Source: Azolla caroliniana (Eukaryota; Plantae; Polypodiophyta). From it: DNA of 64,000 nt. The stretch is taken from assembly GCA_043228905.1 (NCBI GenBank), contig JBHGNT010000012.1, positions 5,022,001 through 5,086,000 on the forward strand, written 5' to 3'. Below the pieces are notes generated by a model. That model had not been told where the DNA came from. It searched no databases and worked only from the letters and a program-made list of their open reading frames with translations. The translations under genes and the position numbers were made by a program. Shown piece by piece: positions 38,005-49,300 of this stretch (its first letter is position 1; every line of letters begins with the position of its first letter).

Positions 38005-39247
38005 AACAAGGCGGCAGAGGAATCGAAAATGAGGGAATCAAAGCTCACCGAAGCCATGGCAGCAACAATCGATCGGATAGTAAGTGCTCGCGAGGGCATG
38101 GGCGCCCTCGACAGGGCCATTGAAACAATTGTTGGCGCAATAGGACGGTTTGATGGGAAGGACGCCACAAGTTATTTGGTGGCCTACCAGGCCGAAATGG
38201 TGATGAGGGACATCCCAAAGGAAAGCTGTCTATCTGGGTTCCCTGGGGTAGCGACACCGGGCATCCATGCAGAGGTGCTCGAGGTGCAGGCTGGATGCCG
38301 GACCTGGGGGGAATTCGAAGCGCGGATCCTCGAGCGGTACGAGATTGATGACACCCTTCGATTATCGAAGCGGGACTTTATGGATTGGGTGGAGACCCCA
38401 GGAAAGGGGAGGATTGCGTCGGCGCTCCTCCGGGATTTTGACGAACGTTTCGCATGCTTTCGGCACTGGACATGACCGTACTGGACACGAGTCGTGTCCT
38501 TTTATTCGTCAAAGCTGTGGACGTGCGGGATCGGGAGCAAGTGGGTCACCTGCTGGAGACAGACGATGGGTTGATGGCCGACTGGGCCGTGGTAAAAGGG
38601 GTCTATGGCCGTTTTGACAAACGGCGTGAGTGGGTGGACAAGGGCTTGTTGGGGGCAGGAGCGGTTGCGGCAAGAAACCTCGAGGGACCCCCCGACGCAC
38701 AAAGAGGAAACCCGGGATTGGCTTGAGACAGGCTCGTCCGGTGTGGTCAAGGGCCCATCTGGCGGAGCGGCTCTGGAAGAACTGACGCAGATGGTACGAG
38801 ACCTCCAGATTGCACAAGCAGTCTTGCGACCGACGGCCTCCGGGTGGGCATCGGTGCTTGTGGTGTGATGCAGTCGGTCACGTCTGGAAGGACTGCGTGG
38901 ACTTCGTAGAAGCAATAAGGGCTAATGTGGTGTACCTATGGAATGGGAGGGTACATGCTAGCAAAACCCGGAGAGCCCTGGAGCTGAATATCGGACGAGG
39001 AGGAATGAAGAGGCTGATGGAAGAAGTGGCAGCACGCCACGTGGAGACCATCCACTACTCGACGTCGGCAGGAATCCGGGTCGGGAGTGACGAAGGCCGG
39101 AAGACGAAAAACACCGGACCGTGTGGAAAGACGGGTCCGGGAGGTCACCGAGTGGAGCGATCTGGTCGAAGAAAAGACTGGCTTTGTGGAAGCCGTTTGC
39201 CAAAACTACGAGGTTCTGGTAGAAGACAAGCGTACGGGAAAGGTCGG

Positions 39248-40022
39248 TGTCGTGAAGATTTCCGGCTATAGTGTGAAACTGGGGTGGAATGGGCAAGTCG
39301 GTGGGGTGCAACATGTGCACACATATACTAGGAAATGGTGTATAGGAATAAGAGGGGAAATTTTATCCCACATTGTAAGGTCCCTCCCTCCTTGGGCTAT
39401 AAAAGGAAGGGGGGGATCACTTATGAAGGGGTTGCCCATTTTGAGTTAGGAGGGTATACCACTTAGGTCGAAGGTGTGTTAGTTCTTCTTCTTCTTACTT
39501 TAGAGTTCTTGGAGGTCTCCTTCTTCGTGTCTGTTTAGGGTTTTAGCCCGGTGAAGAGCTTGGATGTTCTGTGGGGGCTTACTTCTGCTCGGCCTCCTGT
39601 GCAAGTTCCCACTTGGCGCGACGAGCCTGAGAGCCCCCTGACGGCGGCTTGGCGGCAAACTGTTGTTGTGACCTAGCCTACCTCAGTTCGGCTCGGAGCC
39701 AGAGTTGTATCTTGCTCTTGTACATATATATATATATATATATATATAGTGAAGTTTTGGGCATCTGTGTCTTTGTCGGTGTCTTTGGAGTTCTTTCTTT
39801 CTGGTTTCTGTACATAGGATGCGTGTGCCTAGTAAGGGTTGCGTGCACGCCCTTTTCCCTCTCTCATACGGTTGCTCCCTATACGTATCCGGAAACGCTT
39901 TGGTTGGTGTCTTGGACGATCGCGAGAAGAAGTGCGGCTCAACCTTCCATACTTCGTCTCTCTCTCGTCCGAGACCCCCGTGGTCCCGCCCCTTCTACAC
40001 GCACGCGCATAACAACGTGACA
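39248..40022 (+). mobile_element. Solo LTR inserted in gag
   Basis: TGTCGTG...CGTGACA with an internal TATAAAA. Flanked by TCGG and CCGG. The 3' end resembles the host LTR (CCCCGTGGTCCCGCC). Confidence 0.88.
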
Positions 40023-43000
40023 CCGGAGGGACCGGACCCTCGCAGCGGTACAAGACCCGGTTTGGGCCGAAGCAAAATGCCGTCGGTGCTACCGGCACAC
40101 CGGATATAGCAAAGAAAGCCGTTTACTGGTTGAGCACAGAGATAGAAAGAACGACGGACCTGCGGAAGGTCCTTGAGGAACGAATCCTCGACAACAAGGT
40201 GGAGCTGTCGCTGAGGGAAGTGCTTGGGATCGCTAAGAAAGAATTCCATGACTCCATCGTGGACCTAGTGAAGTGAAAAAGGCTTTCGATGGAGTCGGAG
40301 CCGGAGAAGGCGGTTGAGGTGTGAACGACGCACCTAGAAGACATGGCCCTGGAAGACGAGTTGGCGGAAAGCCACTATTCAAAGTTGCACTGGGCAAGAG
40401 CCACTACGGAGACCCCGGTTAGGATCGGGGACGTTCAGGAGCCGGTGGTGGCATTGGTAGACCACGGTTTGGAGATCAAGCTGATGTCTATGGACTTCTA
40501 CAAGAAGGGCAAGTGGCTGATCAACACCAAGCATGGGTGGAAAATATGAGCGGCGACGAGCGCCACTGAGGAGTTACATGGGGCCTGCCCGAATGTACAG
40601 GTGGAAATCAGTGATGTCGAGATTGACCAACACTTCTTCGTGTAGGAGACATCCTCGCATCCGGTGATACTCGGAGAACCGTACATTACAGCAACACATA
40701 TGGAGACGAAAGTGTTGGATAACGGTTCGGCATACGCACGCATGAAGAGCCAAGATGGGTGACACTCCGTCCAATTTCTAACGGTGCAACCGAACCATGA
40801 GCGCAACCGCGAGACCCTTGGCGGCGAAAGCCGAGGGGATTTTTAGAGAGGGCTATCAAGGTGTGGGGACGCGATAGTCTGGACTCCCTAGAGACACCCC
40901 ACACGTGTACCATAGGAAGGAAGCCCTATACTATAGATAGGAAATTTTGGTTCTTCGACAATGGAGGCTATACGATAACCGGCATTAGCGGCCGGGAGAA
41001 GAAACAGGTAGAGGAACGTCTCAGGGCGTGCGGAGTCCTAGGCCCCAACGATGAGATTGGTGGAGCCGTGGAGGCGGTCTCTTTCGACGACACCTTGGGG
41101 AAATTAAAGAAGGTGTTCAAAGAAGGCCTCATCGAAGACCAGACGATTTCGGTTAATTCAGAAAAGATGTACGAAATCATCGCCGACTTTGGGGAGAGGC
41201 TCGAGTTGGATCGGATGGCCCATGTGCATATGAAGTACAAGACTGTGGACCAGAAGGTGAGGCCAATTGCGGCACCCTTGCCGGAGGGCAGCGGGTTACG
41301 GATGAAAGGGGTCGCGTCGGACCCAAGTCTACGGGATCCGGTCAGCATAGGACACCGGTTCACCGACATAACGCTACAGGAGCTCAAGGTTGGTGGGGGT
41401 GGCTTTCTACTGCCGACGGAGGAGGAACAGTTTCGGGGAATGCTCGGGAGGCACGGGAAGGCCTTCACATCCTCGCCGGAGAGATCGGGTGTGTGGACCC
41501 GATGGTCGTTGAGCCGATGGTTATCTTTACAGTACCGCATGTGCCATGGAATCTCAAACCGATTCCAATACCTAGAGCTCACATCCTGAAGTTGATGAAG
41601 CTGCTGAAGCAGAAGGTGGAGATGGGCATCCTCGAACCGTCGAGTGCCCCATACTCGAATCGGTGGTTTACCGTGCCTAAGAAGAATGGCACGTTGCGCT
41701 TTATTTAGGACCTACAGCCGGTCAACAAGGTGACCATTTGGAACGCAGGGATCAGGCTGACCATTGATGAGTTCGCGGAGGCCTTCTCCGGAATGTCAAT
41801 TTACTCGGTCAAAGATCTGTACTCGGGGTACGACCAATTCCAACTAGTTGTAGAAAGCAGATATATTACGATGATGCGGACTCCTCTCCGCCTAGTGTGG
41901 ATGTGTACCGTTCCGCAAGGAGGGACAAACTCGGTAGCGCACATGGTGAATGCGATGAATAAGGTGCTAAGGGACTGCATCTTGGACATCACCATGCCTT
42001 TTTTGGATGACATTCCGATCAAGGGATGTCCAGTGGAGGATAAGGATGAAATGGTCGAACCAGACGGGTGTCAAAGATTCGTCTCAGACCACATTGGAGA
42101 CCGCGAGAGGGTGCTACAGAAGCTCGAAGGCACGCGGCTCACCTTCTTCGGGGAGAAGTCGGCTTTCGGATAGTCGGAAATCATGGTCGTTGGACACCTG
42201 TGCGGGTTTTACGGACGGAAACCATCCCCGGCTAAGGTTGAAGCCATCTCCGCGACGAAGGAAGACAGGAGGTCGGTTATAGAAGTCCGGAGGTTCTTGG
42301 GAGCTTGCGCGTTCTACCACATTTGGATCTCGCATTACGCCCATATCGCGGAGCCACTCTACGGGTTGTTGAAGAAAGGGCGCAAGTTCAAGTGGAGCAG
42401 GGAGCATGCGGAGTTGGTCTGGAAAATGAAAGAAGCGCTTGCCGTGGCACCGACACTCCGGAAAGTAGTCTACGATAAAAATGTTCCAATTTATGTAACC
42501 GTAGACACGAGTCCGACCGGGATCGGATGGGTGATCAACCAGGAGGATAAGAACGACGTGAGGTTCCCCATCCGGTTTGGTGCGAAAGTACTTAGCGCAC
42601 AACAGCGAGGATACGCCCAGGTTAAACGCGAACTCTTGGGTATCGTTTCGGCGGTCAAGGCGGACAGAGACTACATGATCGGGACAGAGGTAATAATAGA
42701 GACAGACTAATTACCGATTCTCGGCATGGTTTCCAGATGCGCGACACCAGACCTGGCAATGCTCAGGTGGATAGTGTACATCAAGTCCCTGAATCCGAAG
42801 ATACGACACATCTCCGGGAAAGACAACGCCATGGCCGACATGCTTTCAAGAGCAAGGTTTGAAGACAAAAACGGCATGGTTTCAGAGGACGAGGAAGTCG
42901 GCGTGGACTTCTTCAAGACAACTTATGTGACGACGAGAAGAGGGAGCACCCCGACGCTTAACGAGTTTGACAAGAGCGAGTACGAGGGGGAGTGGCTCCA

Positions 43001-46000
43001 GACTGGTGGGTTCCAGAGAACGATGGCGCCGGACGCGGCATGGACAAAGGAAGAGGCTTACTGGATCCGGAAGAAAGTGTACCGATTCTTCCTACGGGAC
43101 GGGAGCATAGGGAAGCACCCGAACAAGTGAGACAACGTCCCGCTCCGGGTGGTGGCGAGGAAGGAGGAGCAGGAAGCATTGTTGACGGCATACCACAAGA
43201 GTCCTTGGGCCGGACACCGGAGGACATGGGCCACGTTCGAGAAGCTGAAGGACACGTAATGGTGGCCGAGACTATACCAGGACGTGCATCGGTTCATAAC
43301 GACTTGTAAAAGCTATTAGATGCATTCCATAGTCCGACATCGGGACGAGCTGCACCCGACTTACCCGCCGACCGTCCACTTCAAGTGGATGGTGGATCTG
43401 GTGACGATGCCGATGGGGGTAGGGCAGATGCGATACCTGGTGCTAGCGCGAGAGGATCTGACGAACCAGGTGGAGGGTTGAGCATTACCAAACAAGATGA
43501 CCGCGGCCGTGTGCCGGTTCCTAATTGAGGAGGTGGTATGTCGGTCGGGTGCATAGGGAAGATTGTAGCAGACCGTGGAGAACTGGATGCACAAGAGGCT
43601 GAAGAGTTGTTTTAATAGTTAGTGGTTAAACTTTCACTCACCACGGCGTACAATCCGGAGGCAAACGGGAAGGTGGAACGCGGACATGGGCCAATCGTAA
43701 AGGCGTTGGTATGGGCCTGCGGAGGCCAAGTCGGGAATTGGCCACGACTCCTAGCCTACGCATTGTGGGCAGACCAAACTACGCACAGTTCAGTAACCGG
43801 GTTCATGCTGACAGAGCTGATGTACAGGCAGAAGCCGATCATGCCGATGGAGTGAACTATCTCGTTCTGGGCCGCGGTGGATTGGAGAGATGAGATAAGC
43901 CGGGAGGAGCTATTAGCGGCGCGAATCCAATAGCTTGAGCGAAGACCGGACGACGTAGAACGAGCAATGGAGAAGTTGTGTGCATGAAGGACAACGAACA
44001 AGGGGCGATTCGACCGTACTCACCGACTACGACCAAAGAAAATCGAGGAAGGCGATTGAGTTCTGGTCTACGACAACAGCCTCGACAACCAGCACAAGGC
44101 AATGCGAATGTTTGCGAGGAGGTGGTTCGGGCCTTACGCGGTGACAAGCGCCAACGACAACAACACCTACCATCTCGCAGAGTTCGACGGAACGACAATA
44201 GCTGTGCAGGTGGCTGGGAAGAGGATCAAGGCCTTCAAGAAGCGGCACGGGGATGAACCGGACCCAGAGGGCATGGATGACGACGATGACTGGTTCGGAG
44301 TAGGTGGCGAACCGGAGAGTGAATGATAATCGCGGGTCGGTCTTCTCCGGCATAGGTCTATTCTGGTGCATATTGGAGGATGCGCAGTTAGGTGGGGGCG
44401 GATGTCATGGAGAAAAATCTCCCTAGGAGGAATCAGTGATAGTGTGTGTGAACCGGCCCTTACACACGGGCACATGTTTTGATGTATTTACATAGTTAAG
44501 TACAGGTCGGCGATGTAATTATCCTCGGAAGCACGAATTCGTTAAGTAGGGAATCAAAGAGGATCTCTGTCTGAAAGGACAGAGAATAAAAGTGATGTAA
44601 CAGTCTGTAACGGCTCTCTCTCCTTGTGCTATAAAAGGAGAGGAAAATGGGCTGAGTGGATATCGCGTTTTCGAGGACGAAGTGCTGTCGGACTGAAACC
44701 AAGCTCTTCTCCTCTGTTTTTCTTCGTTCTCTGCAGGTTAGGAGGCTGCCTCTGTTTTCATAGAAAGCCCGAGTGCTTCCGATAGAGGCTCCATCTCTTG
44801 TTGTCGTGTGCGGTGTGTGAGTTAGTGTCAGTGAGTTGGCACTTACCGGCTAGCCGGTTGTAATTTTGGTCATATATTCATATATACATATATACATTTG
44901 CCTTATTCATTGTTAGACCTTGTTTGTGAGTTCTCTGTGAATTTGTGTGCGCGGCTCGGCTGTGGTTTCGTAGTGCTGCTCCCCCTATTCGGTTATTCCC
45001 CGGTTCAGGGCCCCTACGGTCCCACCTTGGTTTCTCTTGCGCGTGCAGAATAACACGACACCGGTCCTGGATTATATGCATCCCCAGTATCTGTCTCTCT
45101 GGACCCAAATCTTTAATTGAGAATGTCCATTTCAAAGCCTTCTTCAGATTTCCGATTTTGGTTCGGTCCAGTCCGACGATCAACATGTCGTCGACATATA
45201 GCAGGAGTATCATGAAGTCTCCTCCGTTGAAATTCTTCACGAATACGCAGTGGTCAACTTGCGTCTTGTGGTACCCTTGGTCGGTCATGAAGGAGTCGAA
45301 CTTCCGGTACCATTGCTAGGGAGCTTGCTTCAGACCGTATAAGCTCTTCTCTTCAACCGACACACCCTATGCTCCTTCCCTTCTCAAATCCTTCTGTTTG
45401 CTGCATGTAGATGTCTTCTTCGAGGTCGCCATGTAGGAATGCCATCTTGACATCCAGTTGCTCTACCTCGAGGTCCATGCTTTCCATTATGCTCAACATC
45501 GTCCGGATCGATGTCATCTTTACTACCAGGGCAAAGATCTCGTCGAAATCCACTCCTTTCTTCAGTTGAAAACACTTCACCACGATCCAAGCTTTGTACC
45601 TCGGTGGATTTCCGGCATCTCCCGGTTTCAGCTTGTACACCCACTTGTTCCGGAATGCCCTCTTTACTTTAAACAATTCATTCAATTCGTATATGTGGTT
45701 CTCATGTAGGGAATCCATCTCGTCCTGCATGACACTCAACCACTTGCGGTTGTGGGTGTCTTTCTTTGCTTCTTCGAAGCTTTTCGGCTCCCCTTAATCG
45801 GTGAGCAATACGTGCTCTCCATCCGGAAATCTCTGGGGGGCTCTTCTCTCTCTGAGAGGGTATCTCTGGTGTTACCGGCCGGCAAGGAGTCCAAAATACG
45901 GAGTGAAGGAATTAATTAAGTATGGTTGTAAATAAGCATAGTATGGACGGACGGACTGGAAACGGTATGCCGTTCCAGATCCGGACGGATCCCGAATAGG

Positions 46001-46294
46001 TGCGATAGGCACCATTTTGTACTACGGGCCGGAAACCTATTTAAAGGCCCGGACCCCATTGTAATCGCAGCTGATAATTAATAGAGCGTATGGTGTTTAT
46101 ACTTCTGTGTTGATTTCCGTTCTGTAATTACTGTTATATCTTACGCGTGTAATTAACAAAAGCGCTCTAATCGTGTAACCTACTTAAGTCGGTGTAATCG
46201 TTGAGTCATAATCCTATGCCGTAATCACCCTTTGGTGAAGTGTCTCCGTGACACCTTGTGTTAGGCCTTGTCCGGTCAGAGAACAACACAGTTT

Positions 46295-46305
46295 TGGCGA
46301 CCACG
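46295..46305 (+). promoter_or_regulatory. PBS, probably tRNA-Arg(UCG)
   Basis: TGGCGACCACG located 6 nt after the 5' LTR; only a 10-11 nt match. Confidence 0.65.
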
Positions 46306-46341
46306 ATTCCTGCTTTCTCGCAGCGAACGACGGCTTAATGG

Positions 46342-49300
46342 ATGACGAGACCAACGCACGACCTGGTTACAGACCGAGCTCGACGCCTCGCCGAACGGCA
46401 AAGACGGCGTGAGACTTTCCAGCAAGCAGCGCACGAAATTCGCTCGGATCGTTCGTTCTCCAACGAGATCCGGAGAGTCGCGGAGGAATCTCTTCGGTTA
46501 CAACAAACTCGCGACCAGGACGACGGAAGCGGTCTAAGTAGTCTCCGGGAAACCGAACGCCTCCTCGAGGCGCTGGCAAGCGGAGAAAACGAGGCAGAAG
46601 CCTTTTCAGCCTACGAATCGGATTCCGACGGGGGATACAACGTGCACACGAACTACCGGAGCAGCAACGATACCCCCGGTGGCCCGGAGGACGACGGGTC
46701 GGATACCGTGCCGACTCCAGAACCGGAACCGTTCGACCAGGGCTATCCGGAACCGCAAACGGAAGCCGTCAACCCACCAACACCGGAAGTGGAAGAAGCA
46801 AAGCCACCGACACCAATGAAAGAGCCGGTGAAGGAACCGGAAAAAGCACTGGCAAAAGAACCGGACGTGGAACCGGAGAGAAAACCGGAAAGATATCAAC
46901 AAACGCCACTAAACCGCGGCCTAATACTGGACGACGACATGCCGTTCCAATACTCAAAGTATCGCGATGATCCGGACGCGGAAGCGCATGTTCATGCCTT
47001 CGAGCAGACATGGGAAGCAAATCACGCGTCCCAGCGATTGACACCGGAGGAAGAAGAACGCTCGAAGATAGCGGAATTCGGGGTCACGTTGGAAGGACCA
47101 GCGGCACGATGGCGGCGGACGCAGGACCCGGCAACCATCACAACCTTTGCAGAATTAAAAGCAAAATTCTTGCATTTTTTCCACAAGGAGGTCGACCAGA
47201 CGACGATGGTGGGCCTGTTTTATACGATCCGACAGGAGGCAGGGGAAAGCATTCCCCAATTCGTCATCCGTTTCCAACGAATACATAGCCAGCTTGCCCG
47301 TGCACCCCCGAAGGAGGAATTACGGACGATATTTTTAAACACACTCCGGGAACCGTTACGCACGGTGTGTACGGTGATCGACTTTCGAGGAAGCACCATT
47401 GACCAGGTCATTGACCGGGTCAGAGAAATGGAAAAGTCAAGCTCATGGCTTACACTGGGAGCACTGCAACGGGCGTTACCCACAGATGAAGATCTCCGGT
47501 TCCGGCAGGCAATTCAATGCACAATCTGCTTGAATGCCGGACACTCGGCAGTGGAGTGCACCATGCGAACCCAGTGTGTGATTTGTCAATCCAAGAGTCA
47601 TACAACGGACCGGTGCGAGTATAACCTGCTAAACCGACAAGCACCACCCGTCCGACGGATCGAGCCAAGAAGCAGCCGAGACGAAGATGAAGATCGTTGG
47701 CAAAGAATGAACCGGTACCGACCGGCACAGGATGTCCGGTACGGAGACAGACAAGAGAATGATGGCCGGTACGGGGATCGGCATGATAACTACGACCGGT
47801 ATGAGCGATCGGACCGTTATCGGGAGTCCAACAGACGACACGAGCAATACGACAGAGACCATTCCCCTGGTTACCGAAGGCACCAGGAGGACTACGGCCG
47901 ATTTTACGATCCACCACGACAGGACTACCGAAATAAAAATAGGAATAATAAGAAACGTAATTTCAAGAAAGGTGGTCACCCTAGGGACCCGGAACATGGA
48001 ACCCCAAGGAGCCAACCGGCACAGAATGCACCACTCACTACGGGACCGACTCCGGCTACCAGCAATGCTGAATCCAGCAATACCCGTAAAGAGTACTGCT
48101 ACTACTGCAGGCAGGAAGGCCACTACAGTAACTAGTGCCCGGCAAAGAGCTACGATAAACGACCAGCAGTTAATATGGTGGTTCCGGAAGTGGCGGATTT
48201 ACAGCAAGTAACCACACGGTCGAAAGGCATGGCCAAAGAGTGGGAAACACAAGAGGCCATATGAAAACAGGCGACGGAATGGATGAAGGAAGCCAATGAA
48301 AGGAACGTCGCGGACGCGGAACGGCAAACGGCGAATACCATAGGGAGTGCCGGCGGTAGCCACGCAGAAAACGAGACATGGCAAGCACTGCAAGAATGTC
48401 AGATCACGTTGCCATTAGGAAGACTCTTGCAGCTCGTGCCGCGATTTACGGAAGGACTAAAAACGGTCATGACAGACGGTATAGCCCCACCGGCACCAGT
48501 CCTCTTCTCGAATCCGGAGGAGGGACCGACGGTGGTGGACACTAGTAGTCCGGTGATTACAACTATTGTCAAAGGGCACGAACTTCCCGGCACAGTAATC
48601 GATGGAGGTTCCGGGGTGAACGTAATAAGCCTCCGCACGTGTGATGCCTTGGGTATACATGAATGGGAGCCATGTCCGTTCTGGCTACGGATGGCGGATA
48701 CGAGCTCTGTACGGCCGACGGGCTTAATACGGAAATTGGAAGTCACCATAGGAGGTCACACATTTCACATCTCGGCTGTAGTGCTGCAGCTACAGGCGCA
48801 AGGAGCGTACCCACTGTTGCTGGGCAGACCATGGTTGAAAACAGCACACATCAAGCAAAATTGGCGGAAAAATATGATTACCTTTCGGCGCGGAAAAGCC
48901 AAGGTCCGGGTACCGACACAACCACGGACAAGCAACGGTAAGGAATGCACACCGCTGTATGCGGAATGCGTGAACATGCTTGAAGGGTTGGCAGACGACG
49001 AAGAAGCCCAGTACTTGGAGGAACACCCGAAGATCGTACCACTTTTCGAGATTGACGTGGCTGAAGCCGTAGCGCCATACTTGCCGCAGCGGGACGAAAC
49101 CGAAGCCGAACCAGACAAATTACGGCAAGCACAGGAAGCGTTGGAACGGGAAATGGCCGTTTCCCAACGGGTAAAAACATCCCAGCTCGACGAAGTGAAC
49201 CTAGGAAGCAAGGACGAATCAAAGCCGGTACACATCGCCAAAGAAATGAAGCCGGAAGATAAAGCGGCGATGATCAAACTTCTCACGGAGTTTCGCGACG

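Larger units (their letters stand above)
37275..45060 (+). mobile_element. Full-length, decayed Ty3/gypsy element with a tRNA-Trp PBS
   Basis: LTRs 37275-37981 and 44403-45060; PPT AGGTGGGGGCGGA. Gag, protease (ALVDHG), RT (DLYSGYDQ, PQGGTNSV, FLDDI), RNase H and integrase (YNPEANGKVER, GPY). TSD CTGG/CCGG. Confidence 0.95.
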
